DNA of 64,000 nt from positions 41,664,001 through 41,728,000 of the forward strand of contig OY740800.1 in assembly GCA_963514005.1 (NCBI GenBank), read 5' to 3'. The position numbers and the translations under genes were made by a program. This document shows, piece by piece, positions 51,541-64,000 of the stretch. The notes under the pieces are model-generated. The model was given only the letters and a program-made list of their open reading frames with translations, did not search any database and was not told where the DNA came from. Source of the stretch: Raja brachyura (taxonomy: Eukaryota). The first letter of the stretch is position 1. Each line of letters starts with the position of its first letter.

Positions 51541-54500
51541 TCCTAAGCATCCTGAAAATCCAGGTAAACAACATCCACTGAAGCTCCTTTGTCTTTCCTA
51601 CTATTTACTTCCTCAAAGAAGTTCATCAACAATAGAGAGGTAAGTTCTTCCATTTCATTCCTTTCATTCTTGGAGCAAATTTTAAGTTAAGCTCAGTCAA
51701 AAGTTTAATGCAATAAATGATTACAAAGCTGGATGAAAAAGATTGACATAGAAATTTACAGTAGGAAAATGTTGACGGAAATCTAACAAATTATCTCAAC
51801 TGTCGAAGTTAAGATTTGTGAAAATGCTCCAATGCATATTTGTAATTAGATATATATTTCAGCAATTTGGAACAAGAAAAAATAACTATGCTAACCATTC
51901 ATAGGTAATCATAAATGTTATGTTGCTATTGATTTTATTAACCTCTCCACTATGCACGATGTACTAACTACACAAGCGTGCAACATCTATTACAAATATA
52001 ATGAGGAAAAGGAAGAAACGACACATTATGTAAGTGTATAATCATTGTACAAATAGACTGGAAAACCTATAATTTATATTACATGTTAAACTAAATGAGG
52101 GTTAGCGTTAAGGACACAATGCCGCAGGCAGATATTAATCCAAGGTCATTGTAGCCAGAATAATATAGTAAATCACATTAAACCAATTATTTCATGTCTA
52201 GAATGTGGCAATTAAAGAACTGTCTGTGGCAATATTAGTTTAATTTCTAAAACAAAATTATACTTCTCTTCAGTCTTGAGTTTGTTTTGGATCTTCCACA
52301 TAATTTTCTTCAGAGAATAAGATGACTCAGCTCTACCACTCCCATAATAGTTTTATTAATCAACTGTTGGAAAACTGGAAAAGATTCAGGTCCAACTCTT
52401 TGACCTTGCAGAGAATGTTGATCCTTGTTTGAGTTCCTCTAATGTCAGTGCCTGACTGGAAGCACTAGGAATCACTCACATGAAGCATTCACATGTGCTA
52501 CATTGCACTAAACATTCAGGATACCCTTCCCTTCTTCTGATATTATTAATTTTGTTCATTCATTTTCTCCTTTTATGTATAACTTGCTTGCTAAATTTTC
52601 AGCATTAAATTGTTAGGTACAAACTCCTAACTACTCCAAATTCAATTACAGCATTTGTCCACTTGCAAATATTTGGAGTAAGATGTTGGCATAGCGAGGT
52701 CCCGCAGGATATCCCAGCAGGTTGTAGATTAATTCTGACATCTTTCCCATTGCATTTCTGTGGTTCAGAATTTCAGATGTGCCGTTTCGGGTGATAATCT
52801 GAAGAGACTGGTTCACAGAACACTCTGCTTCATCACACTCCCCCAAACGCAAGAAATTTAAAGCATGTCAGATCTTTGATGCCCTCAAAATGAATCAAAA
52901 CACTTCACCATCAATTAATCACTCTCAGACTATACAAACATTTCTGCAGACATCAAATTTGCATAATTTACATAACCTCAGAAATGACAATAAGATAAAT
53001 TACTAGACAATTTAACTTTGTAGTGCTCTCTGTAGAGTTAAATATTGAGAACAATACCAGAAGAATGTTTCTTCTTATGATTGTATAACATTTTTAGCAG
53101 CCTCTGAACAGACAGAGAAGGCTTTAGTTTGACGTGTTATTCAAAGAATTGGTCTCTAAACTAATGGACTATCAGACATACAACACTGAATTATCTGTCA
53201 AATTTACTTGCTCAGGATTTGGATCCTTACCTCAGGAGCCAACAAAATCCATAACTGATTCAACTTCTCCCATCAAACTAAATTACCGGCAAGATTGTCA
53301 GGACCACCTCTATTAGGGATTCATTACCAATTTAGAGGTAGCATTGAGCACCATGGAGATATGAGAAAGTTTTCGCTAAACAGAACCAAAAACCTGTAGT
53401 GACAACTTCTTAGAATCAATGGCAACACATACAGAGTAACCACTGGCATTCTTTGAAGGTGATAAAAGCAGCCTTTCAGGGGTCAGTTGGAGGTTGTGTT
53501 ACTTTAGCCTAGAGTGCTTCCAAAGCCAATTTGATTTCACTTGGCATGGTGACTACTGATAATCTATCAGGCATCTGAAAGATTGCAGCTTCAAAAACTT
53601 TGAGAAATCTGTTACACACGTTAGTGACATTGCTAACTTTATTTGGGCCAGTGTATATCTCTATAAGGCCTTTGAATCCAGGTTGCAATGCAAACCGATT
53701 CTTCAAGAATCGCCTAAGATTTTTAAAACTCATTTAAAACAAATTGATAATAGCATTGAAGATCAGGTTCTTCCAATTTTCTGGACTGCATCTCAGCATC
53801 AGTACACTCAGATCAAATATTGTAAGGATGGGATGACACTTGTTATACTCTAATCTCAATAAAGTACACACTAATTAATCACTGTGACATTTCCTCCTAT
53901 TTCCCTTGCTAGCCACCTGTCCCTACTCTGACTGAGACAGGGCATCTGAGACATGTCTAATGTATGCTTCATGTCCATGACAAGTACACTACGAATGTTC
54001 AAACAAATTTCATAGAGACCTCACGACAAACAGATTGGTGAAATTTTTATCCCATTCACATGAGGTGAATTTGAAATAAATCCAATACAGAACTTTACCC
54101 AATTAAGTTTTCTGCATTAACAGAAAAGCAGAAGAGCAGTATTGGTACTGTCATAATATAAAATCAAACAAATGCAGACTCTCAACTGTCTAGTCCTGGC
54201 AAACATTATTCAGGATTACTTAAGCAGCCCTAATACTGCATTCTTATTGCACTGGGAAGAACCTTCTTATCAAGGTTATTTTCATTTTACATTGTAGTGT
54301 CAACATGAATGTGTGTGCAAATTTAATAATTGATTATTTAACCGGAAGGGTAAACTACAGTTGTTATAACAAGACTTTATTTTGAAATCCTTTGGAATGA
54401 ATTGCCATGCAATTAAATTTAAAACATTTTAAAAAACATATTAAAAGTTTTACATTCCTTAAATCTTTTTCTAATTTCCATAATGTTCTAACGATGCGGC

Positions 54501-55269
54501 AAAGAAGGTTATAAATATAAACCATTGTATTATCAGTGGTGAACAGCAAGATAATATGTACCTTCAGTAAATGTTATTTTTACATTTTCAAGACTTTTGA
54601 TGACTTTTTCCCCCCACAAAATATATGTTATCTTTAAATTTATATATTTGAAATAACATATAAATTTATCAATAAATAAGTCACCATTCATATGAGGAGT
54701 TACTTGGTTAGGCACTTGTCGGGTGGTCCAGCATTCTTTCCATTTTCCAAGTAGAGATGAAACACACTGAGACAGCCAATAAAGGAAAAGCTTTAGTAAT
54801 TAAATATTGAGAGAATCATCAGCAAAAGGGCAAGAGAACAGGAATCATTTAAAAAAAATGTTTTTTACATGAAATACATGGGCATGTCTCAGATTCTTTA
54901 TTATAATGTTAAGTCAAAAGAGTTCTTTGAATTGGGTCAATCATAATTGCCATTACGTATATTAATTGAATGAAGCAGTTTATCAATGTATGCTTTGCCA
55001 TGACTCATTTAGTATTTGCTTGGTTTGTCATCAGCGATATTGAAGAAGCATTAGTATGAGGCACATAGAAATCAAATTATGATATGAAAATCCTATTGAT
55101 ACTTCCCCCAAATCATTATGTACATTGATATAGACTTTTATGCCAACTCTAATAAAAGTAGAATTCTTAGATCATTAGCAGCAGTAACCAATGGCACTGA
55201 AAAGGTTCTTGGACAGGCCTAAATTAAAAATACTTATACAATGTGGATATTTTTACAAAGTTACACATG

Positions 55270-56290
55270 TTTAACATTAGTTATACAAAATAGATTGACA
55301 AGAATGTTACCAGGTCTGGAGGGTTTGCGTTTAAGGAGAGGCTGGTTAGGCCAGGTCTTTTTTTCCATGGATCAGCGGAGGTTGAAAGGTTACCTTATAC
55401 AAGTATATAAAATCACAAGCAGCGTAGATAAGGGGAACAACCATAGTCTTTTTCCCAGAGTAGGGGAGTCAAAAACTGGGGACATAGGTTTAAGTTGAGA
55501 GGAAAAATATTTTAAATGGATCTTACGGGTTAACCATTTAACTCCCCTTCCCGTACTGACCGTTTTGTCCTGGGCCTCCTCCATTGCCAGAGTGATGCAA
55601 CAGGAAACCTGGAGTAATCATACCTCATATTCCCTTTGGATAGCTTACAGCCTATAGGTATGAACAACAAATTCTCCAATTGACAGAAACACCCCCCTCT
55701 CCTTATTTTTTGCCCCTTCTCCTTCATTCCTTTATCTGACTGCACATGTTGCACATCTTCTAGCCTGATCTCATGGCTTTTGTCTTTTCATCTCTGACCA
55801 TTGCCCAACCATCTGCCAATCCCCCCATCCAACCTGCATCCACATATCACTTGCCAGACTTTGTTCCACCCCCACCTCCCTTTCAGCTTTCTTCCTCCCT
55901 ACTACAATCAGTATGAAGAAGTTTCTGAAGTTGGATTGTTGGGGGTGGAAGGAGAAAAAACGGCAAGTGATGGGTGCATTAGATTGGCAGATTGTTGGAC
56001 AAAGGCCAGAGATGAAAAGACAAAAGGTAGTGAGAATGAGTGAAGACGCTTGAAGTGTGAAAACAAAGGAAGGTATACAGGTGGAAGGGGATGGGGATAA
56101 AAAGGGACAGGATTGTGGGAGAAATTGATGTGCATCAGGTGGGGCATAAAGAGAGAGGGTAACAAGGAGGGAAAGGATTTGTTTGTTGGTTAGTTGCCTA
56201 AACTTGGAAAATTCAATGTCCAATCACTACCAAACTGGAGGAACAGATCCTCATATTCTGCTTGGGTAGCAAACAGTATGGACATTGAGT
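55270..56290. mobile_element. CR1 fragment (~55270-55530) followed by two opposed Penelope 3' fragments
   Basis: QNRLTRMLPGLEGL..RRLKGYLIQVYKI; Penelope plus ~55535-55930 and minus ~55930-56225 (MDIEFSKFR). Confidence 0.75.
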
Positions 56291-57824
56291 AAAAGTACTA
56301 ATATTATCACAAAAAAATCAACAACTTTTTGAGGAGTTGCTGTTCGGCCATTGAAAAGCATTTTTCTTATTGTTGTCTAGAAAAAAGGTTAATTACTTGA
56401 ATGTGTGAAAATGTTTGTGGTAGCCTCTAAAACTGTTCAGGACTCATAAAAATGAATTTAATTGATTTCTAAAATATTTCAGAGATGGCAAAATAATTAA
56501 AAGCTCAGTAAAATAAATAACGATTTTGGCATTTTGAAAAAGAAAATGATGTAATTTGTATCATCCAATAGAGTGATGAGATTTGCAAGGAAGCATAAAC
56601 CTCAAGAATCTCCAGGTCAAAATTCTGACAATGTACGTTTTGTTTATGGTGGATTATTTCAATCTGTTCAACCAAATTTAATTTGAATTACAGTCTGGCA
56701 CAGATTTTTAAACTAAATTCTACTAAAGTGTGTATGGAGCCATTATTTGATGTATAAAACCTGTAATTACCACTTCCAGTACAACACACAACAAATAAGA
56801 ACATGTCAACATGCATGGTGAGACTTTGTGTGAGCAGAACAGCATTGCCTGGATTTAGTTTTACAAACATTGGCCTCCTGTTAAGTTATGTTATGTTTAC
56901 TCCCATCTGAGCTCAACTGGCATTTGAGTATAGTTTCAATTTTAATAAACACGGTTCAGCAAATTTGGGTTTCCGTTGGAACTCCTAGTGGATGAACAGT
57001 CGATCTAAAAGACACAAAACCTGAAAAAATGAAGTACTAACCTACACTACCGATTAAAAGGGATGCCCTTCAATGGAAGCACTGGTTACAGTGAACTTCA
57101 TAGTCCTAAATAGTTACACTCTTTCAAAAGCAAATGTGGGAGAAAAGGAAGAAAGCGAGTAAAATTTCAAAAGTTGGGGGGCAGGGTTCTGGGGGGGGGG
57201 GGGGATGGGGGGAGGGGGAAGAAGGTTCAGAAGAGACAGAGACAACGCTTTTCATTAAGAACAAATAACTATTATTGTAAACTCACGGAGTTTTATATTT
57301 GTGGACATGAGGAAATTGGTTGACAATTTTTATTAATTTACTATATTCTAAAGTTACTGTAGTTTCTCTACAAATATATAAACTTTATTTGAAAGATCAC
57401 CAAAGCAAAAATGGTCTTTGCGCTTCCTCGCTTTACAAAACAGAAATTACACATTGTAGCTACATTTATCGCATGACAGTAATTTTTTAGATATTTCAAA
57501 ACGTTAGTATAATCCCCCAATTGCATTCTGCAACGTACTCAGCAATTAATATTTTATGTCATTGTAGTTAGATTCATACACGAATCAAATTTTAAATAAT
57601 TATGACTATGTTCATCTCGGTACAGTTTTTTAAAAAATGACCTCCAATTTATGCAAATGAATGTGGTATAAACAGGAACCATTACCGATAAATTCCGTAT
57701 CTCTCGGTAAAAAGTAATAACAAAGATCAAGGTATGGGCTTGTTTACTGACAAAAAAAAGGCAATGGTTTTTTTTGGGGGGGGAACTTAAAATACAAAAC
57801 CACACTTGGATGATATCGCCTTAC

Positions 57825-58131
57825 CGTTTGTAGAAATCAACAACACAAATCGAGATTTGCTTCTAAAGCAAGTCCACGCACTCCCTCGGTGTTGTACCTT
57901 TGGATGCTGTGTTTATGTTTTGCTTGGGATCACAAATAAAAGCAAAAAGCAGCCGGAGCGCTGTCAGCTTCTCGGCACTTCAAACTACGGTTCATCTCCG
58001 CTTCCGTCACCGACAATGAGATTTTAAGTTTAATTATTAAGTAATAACATTAAATCACGATCTACGCCTTCCCCTTTCCAATAACGTTTCTCTGTGCTTC
58101 TTTAGAGTTCAGATATTTCTCACTCATATAC
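57825..58131 (-). other. Candidate second non-coding exon
   Basis: On minus: CTAAC branch point (58173-58177), pyrimidine tract and cacAG acceptor at 58132-58133; donor ACG|GTAAGG at 57825/57824; only a short ATG-initiated ORF. Confidence 0.35.
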
Positions 58132-59204
58132 CTGTGCTTGTGACAGAATGAGGGAAAGACGAACACTCCGGGGTTAGTTTTTTTTAAAAATCGATACATA
58201 TTTCGTTATTTTGCCTCAATTATTATCGGCATCAGCAGAAAATTCATTTATTAACAAATTGCAGTCGAGTTATAGCGGAAAATAGAAATCGTTGGAAGGT
58301 TTTTTCGGTGTAAGGAATCGTTGTTTGCGAGTGTTGAAGTCTCTCGTATTCAGAACGAAAAGCTGGAAGTTTGACTCGGTTTTTTGGAAGAATTGCCGGC
58401 GACGCACTGTCTTGAACTTAAAAAAAAAACCCTTAACTGTTGAAAATGGCGGCGGGAAGGAGAATGAGGAACAATGAAAAAAATAGTTTTTAAAAAATCT
58501 TGCACGTTTGACTGCAAATAAGTCTATTTAGTTCTGAAAGGGAAAGTGAGAAAAAAAGTTGCCTCAGAGTTACCACATTAAACGGCAATTTTTCTTCAGA
58601 AGTTCATGTCACGTAAACGTAAGTTACACTCAATTCGTTTGTTGGATTTAATTCAGTGTTAATGGTTTTCCTTCCCAGCTGCAGGAACTGACGGACTTCA
58701 ACTTGACTTTTCTCATTTATCCTCCATCAAAATGGCGCGCAAGGAATAAGTGCATAAAACTTCCGAATATTTGAATGGCTAGATTCTCCTTTTAAATTCT
58801 CAGTCGCCGCAGAAATAAATTCTCCACCCATCGTCAAGAACGACCGTGTCATTTACAATATTAAAAGTTAATTTCTCTCCCTTCGTACCAGGGATATATT
58901 TAAAAGAAAGGTCGGGACGTTTATGTTAATTTATTTAAATCTAACGCCGAACTTGAACTTGACTTTTACTGTGGACTTTGCTTGAAGGGCAGGAAAGGTG
59001 GAGGACAGTAAAGTTATGGGGCAAGTCGGGCCGTTCTTAAAACCCCGAAACAGATGTTTTCTGCTTGTTTAAAAAAAACTGTAGCTGTAGCGAGAATTGC
59101 GGGGGGGGGGGGGGGGGTTTGTTTTGTTCTCCGCGGGAGAGGGTGGGTGGACATGACGCCATTTTGTCTCCGGGCGCTGCTTCTTTATGCCCTTCTCCGC
59201 TCAC

Positions 59205-59230
59205 CTGGGTGGAGGAAGCGGAAGTGGGTG
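59205..59230 (-). other. Candidate very short first exon
   Basis: Minus strand ACTTCCGCTTCCTCCACCCAG|GTGAGC: strong donor immediately downstream of the ETS sites; start position is approximate. Confidence 0.55.
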
Positions 59231-59539
59231 GAACGTCCTGCGCCGTGTCGCGCGCGTACGGCAGTTGGAATGGAAAGCAAAGATGGAAAGGGCGGCGTGA
59301 CAGAACGCGCGCCTTTTACGAGCGGACCGAGTGGCCGTGTTAGCACCACACACCCTGGGCTCAAGCCTACTCTTTGCATGAATGCAGATGTGCTTTACAA
59401 TGCACATCTGCATTCCTGCAAGTAAACAATATTACAATGAACATATTATAAATCCACTGGTAGCTCCTTGATATTTTCATTTGCTTCAAAGATGCTGCAC
59501 ATATTTAATTACAGTTGCTTTATCAAATTTTCATACTTA

Positions 59540-59649
59540 ATATGTGGATAAATGTGAGGTTATATGTGGATAAATGTGAGGTTATATGTGGATGAATGTG
59601 AAGTTATATCTGGTTAAATGTGAGGTTATATGTGGATAAATGTCAGGTT
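59540..59649 (+). repeat. 22-bp tandem repeat x5 at a CR1 5' junction
   Basis: atatgtggataaatgtgaggtt unit, derived from the CR1 VDKCEV coding segment. Confidence 0.9.
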
Positions 59650-60382
59650 ACCCACTGGTGGCAAGAACAGGAAGGCAGATTATCATCTGAATGGTGTCAG
59701 ATTAGGAAAAGGAGGTGCAACAGACCTGGGTGTGCTTGTACATCAGTCACTGAAAGTAAGCATGCAGGTACAGCAGGCAGTGAGTGAAGAAAGCTAATGG
59801 CATATTGGCCTTCATTGCGAGAGGATTTGAGTTTAGGAAAAAGGAGTTCCTACTGCAGTTGCACAGGGACCTGGTGAGATCGCACCTGGAGTATTGTGTG
59901 CAATTTTGGTGGCCTATTTTGAGGAAGGACATTACCGCTATTGAGAGAGTGCAATGTAGGTTCACCAGATTAATTCCCAGGATAGGGGGGCTGACATATG
60001 AAGAAAGAATGGATTGACTGGGCTTGTATTCACTGGAATTTAGAAGGATGAGAGGATATTTTATAGAAACATATACAATTCTTAAAGAATTGGACAGGTT
60101 AAATGCAGGCAAAATGTTCTTGATTTTGGGGGAGTCCAGAACCAGGGGTCACAGTTTCAGAATATGGGGTAGGCCATTTAGGACTGAGATGAGAAAAAAC
60201 TTTTTCACCCAGAGAGTTGTGAATCTGTGGAATTCTCTGCCACCGATGGTGGTGGAAGCCAATTAACTGGATGTTTTCAAGAGAGAGTTAGATTTAGCTC
60301 TTAAGGCTAAAGGAATCAAGGAATATGGGGGGAAGGCAGGAACAGGGTACTTATTTTAGATGATCAGCCATGATCATATTGA

Positions 60383-61584
60383 CAATAGACAATAGGTGCA
60401 GGAGTAGGCCATTCGGCCCTTCGAGCCAGCACTGCCATTCAATGTGATCATGGTTGATCATCCCCAATCAATACCCCGTTCCTGCCTTCATCCCATATCC
60501 CCTGACTCCGCTATCTTTAAGAGCCCCATCTAGCTCTCTCTTGAAAGCATCCAGAGAACCCGCCTCCACCGCCCTCTGAGGCAGAGAATTCCACAGACTC
60601 ACCACTCTGGGAGAAAAAGTGTTTCCTCGTCTCCGTTCTAAATGGCTTACTCCTTATTCTTAAACTGGCCCCTGGTTCTGGACTCCCCCCCCCAACATCG
60701 GGAACATGTTTCCTGCCTCTAGCGTGTCCAAACCCTTAACAATCTTATATGTTTCAATGAGATCCCCTCTCATCCTTCTAAACTCCAGAGTGTACAAGCC
60801 CAGCTGCTCCATTCTCTCAGCATATGACAGTCCCGCCATCCCGGGAATTAACCTTGTAAATCTACGCTGCACTCCCGTGATAGCAAGAATGTCCTTCCTC
60901 AAATTAGGGGACCAAAACTGCACACAATACTCCAGGTGTGGTCTCACTGGGGCTCTGTACAATTGCAGAAGGACCTCTTTGCTCCTCTATTCGATTCCTC
61001 TTGTTATAAAGGCCAACATGCCATTCGCATTCACTTTTGCTACCAAAGTGGATAACCTCACATTTATCCGCATTAAAATGCATCTGCCCACTACCCCCAC
61101 CTGTCCAAGTCACCCTGCATTCTCATAGCATGCTCATCACAGTTCACACTGCCACCCTACTTTGTGTCATCTGCAAATTTGCTAATGTTACTTTGAATCC
61201 CTTCATCCAAATCATTGATGTATACTGTAAATAGCTGCGGTCCCAGCACCGAGCCTTGCGGTACCCCACAAGTCACTGCCTGCCATTCTGAAAGGGACTT
61301 GTTAATCCCTAATCTCTGTTTCCTGTCTGCCAACCAATTTTCTATCCATGTCAGCACTCTACCCCCAATACCATGTGCCCTAGTTTTGCCCACTAATCTC
61401 CTATGTGGGACCTTATCAAATGCTTTCTGAAAGTCGAGGTACACTACATTCACTGCCTCTCCCTTGGATGTAGTGTACCTGGACTTTCAGAAAGCATTTG
61501 ATAAGGTCCCACATTGGAGATTAGTGGGCAAAATTAGGGCACATGGTATTGGGGGTAGAGTGCTGACAAGGATAGAAAATTGGT
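60383..61584 (-). mobile_element. Young CR1 RT fragment with fold-back inverted duplication at its 5' end
   Basis: ORF 61157..61453(-) VYLDFQKAFDKVPH..GVPQGSVLGP..KFADDTK; 61468-61584 is an inverted copy of 61333-61449. Confidence 0.92.
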
Positions 61585-61679
61585 GATTGGTGAAAATTGA
61601 ATGGCAGTGCTGGCTCGAAGGGCCAAATGGCCTACTCCTGCACCCATTTTTCTATGTTATCTATATTTCTATGGAACAC

Positions 61680-61900
61680 TTGCTGGAATGCAGATGTGCT
61701 TTGTAGTGCATATATTTTTTTTTACTAATTTACTTGCAGGAATGCAAATGTGTGGTAGAGCATGTATATTTACTAATTAACTTGCAGGAAGGCAGATGTG
61801 TTTTGTAGTGCACATGTATTTTGTACTAATTTACTTGCAGGAATGCAGATGTGTATAGTATTTTTTAAACTGATTTAATTGCAGGAATGCAGTGCATCTT
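61680..61900. repeat. Degenerate ~50-bp tandem repeat x5
   Basis: tactaatttacttgcaggaatgcagatgtg recurring. Confidence 0.8.
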
Positions 61901-61999
61901 TTTTTATTAAATTACTCTAGCCATTTTTTGACTCCTGCATAAAAGATTGCTGTCATACATTTACAAATAAAGTGGCACTTTTTCTACATTCTCATTCTC

Positions 62000-62620
62000 T
62001 CCACCCATGGTAGCCCTGTCACATTTTATTTTCAGATGCAAACTGTACATAATTTATTAAATTAGTTAGTTCATCAAATGTTCATACTTTCACATGGAAC
62101 AGTTTTAGTAATGTTATCTCTTTGCTATACGGTACCAACATTACTTTAAGTGAACATTTTATAATGCCCTTTATAGCTCCTTCATATTTTCATTTGCTTT
62201 TAAGATGCTGCACATAATGTATTTAATTACAGTTGCTTCATCATATTTTCATACTTCATATGGAAAACTTATGGTAATATGCCTTTGGTATAGTGCACCA
62301 ATGTTTCTCTAAACCCTATACTTCAATACCCTGGGTAGCCCTATCATATTATCACAATTTCCTTATAAGATGCTAAACTGAATTTATTAAATTACAGTTG
62401 GATCATCAAATTTTCATACTCCATATGGAACAGTTCTAGTAACATTATCCCTTTGCTATACTGTACCAACATTGCTATAGCTTATATTTCAATACGCTTG
62501 GTAACCATATCATATGTTTCACATTTTCTTTTAAGATGCTAAACAGAATTCAGTAAATTACAGTTGGTTCATCAAATTTGCATACTTCATATTGCTCTCC
62601 ATATGAAACTGTTCTAATAA
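62000..62620. repeat. Degenerate ~170-190-bp tandem repeat, 3-4 copies
   Basis: agatgc..aattacagttg..catcaaattttcatact..catatggaac recurring; a further unit lies at ~59440-59545. Confidence 0.8.
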
Positions 62621-63988
62621 TGCTTCTATGACACATCCCTTAAGACCCACATCTTCTGTCTGTGTTACATTCTGTGTCGTTGTGACGGCTTCAATACAGC
62701 CCTCTTTTAGTCAGTCACACCGTGTTGCAGGCCTTTAACCACACTTCTGACAAGCAACAAGTTCTCTCCCTGTGCTGTTGGTTGAATATTCATCCTTGAG
62801 TCATTGCACAATTCCTCTTCTTGCATAGAAGTACAGAGGCCTGGCTGTCGGACCAGTAGCCAGATTTTTAAGCCATTAATCCAGATAGGCAGATTGGATA
62901 ATGTAAATTCAAAAAGTAAATAAATCTAGACTTGTTTTTAATAAACAGGTAACCAGGAATGGAAACCATAAAACTACCAGACTGTCATAAACTGAATCAC
63001 ATGGTGTACTAATGTGTTTTAGTGGGGGAAATCGGCCCTCTTGGCCTTTATGTGAATCCAGATCCATCACTATGGTTGACTCTTAACTACCACTTAAATT
63101 CTGGGTTAGTCAATAAGTGTCAGGACTGCCAGCAGTGTCCATGTCTCACACACAAATCAACAACTTTCTCCATCTCACATAATTTATATGCTAAATTATA
63201 AACATTTCAAACTTTCTCTGAATAAATCTTTTTAAAAATTAATTATTTATCTAAACATAGTTTGCTATTGGGCAAAGAAGGATTTTCTAGCAAATCCCCT
63301 CACTAAACAATGTGGATGATTTTTATGAAGTTAGGTACCGTTCCGAACTAAAATATTAAAGATAATTTAACTTATGCTTTCAACTGTGTTGCTGTAAAAT
63401 ATGTTATAGAGTCATATAGCATGGACATAGCCCAACTTGTCCAAGTCGACCAAGATGCCCCATCTAAGCTTGTTCCATGTGTTTGCATTTGTCTAAGAAG
63501 CACCTGTCCAAGTATATTTTAAATGCTATTATAGTACATGTGTTAATACAGTAGACTAATGTAACGGGGATCTATGTAATAAAAAAGTAATATTAAAACT
63601 TCAGATAGAGTGGTTCCTCCAAGCCATGCAGCGAATGACATGACCTTTCAATAGGCAAATCTCCACTGCATATTGTCTCTGCTTCTCTCTCCAAAGATGC
63701 TGAGTATCCCTACTATTTCTGCTTTTATTTCAGATTTCCAGCAACAGCAATCAATTTATTTTCAGTTATGAAAATTAAATATATTATACAGTCCTGTTTT
63801 CAGTATATGTCCATCATTGTCCCAACTATTCCCTCATAGCTGTAATATGATTAATAATAAAGAAAGTTGAGCTCTTCTGATCTGGAACTGTGAAGTTCTG
63901 AAATACAACTTTATGCAGAAAATGCATTTTTGAGTAAAGGTAGTTTATGTACTCTGCACAGAGTTAACTAAAATCAGCACTTATTATG

Positions 63989-64000
63989 CAGGGGTTTCCA
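63989..64000 (+). mobile_element. Possible left TIR of another hAT/Charlie element at the window edge
   Basis: CAGGGGTTTCCA. Confidence 0.3.

Larger units (their letters stand above)
57800..59350 (-). promoter_or_regulatory. CpG-island promoter of housekeeping type
   Basis: Tandem ETS/GABP GGAAGCGGAAGT at 59214-59225; YY1 motifs AAAATGGCG at 58443 and 58729 (+) and CGCCATTTTG at 59157-59166 (-); GGGCGG near 59290; high CpG density. Confidence 0.8.
59540..61660 (+). mobile_element. CR1 (plus) interrupted in its 3' UTR by a second CR1
   Basis: ORFs 59784..60017 and 60024..60266; UTR breaks at gatcatattga (~60382) and resumes attgaatggcagtgctggctcgaag (~61596). Confidence 0.9.

Noticed and set aside
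52765-52836. Minus-strand GTGATGA...CTGA spaced like a C/D snoRNA
   Set aside because: Terminal stem is weak and I cannot identify an rRNA or snRNA guide; such box pairs arise by chance
53231-53309. Possible minus-strand exon ending GAG|GTAAGG
   Set aside because: Weak acceptor and all three frames closed; insufficient support
59054-59425. 123-aa and overlapping ORFs in the CpG island
   Set aside because: GC-rich stop-poor promoter sequence with no recognisable protein features
59540-61900. Regularly spaced short repeats superficially like a CRISPR array
   Set aside because: Eukaryotic context, no unique spacers and no cas genes; these are tandem repeats

Overview
AT-rich vertebrate genomic DNA with two assembly gaps. 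The repeat complement (CR1/HER1-type LINEs, HE1/V-SINEs, Neptune-type Penelope elements, Rex1/Babar, one L1, a hAT MITE) points to a cartilaginous fish, probably a skate or ray (inference). I recognise no host protein-coding exon; every recognisable ORF is a transposon remnant. A CpG-island promoter at ~57.8-59.35 kb (tandem ETS plus three YY1 motifs) appears to fire on the minus strand through short non-coding exons into a long intron-like region. That region holds further CpG-retaining, repeat-poor blocks (~11.4-13.2, 14.9-16.1, 22.1-23.9 kb) that look regulatory. The most notable signal is a dispersed family of Penelope-derived short elements, many palindromic, carrying a minimal type-I hammerhead ribozyme core (CUGAAGA-A-stem II-GAAAC-GUH). 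Several retrotransposon junctions are unusually well resolved: TSDs, a tail-only insertion, a fold-back inversion and a templated inverted patch. Repeat boundaries are estimated by eye unless defined by a TSD.
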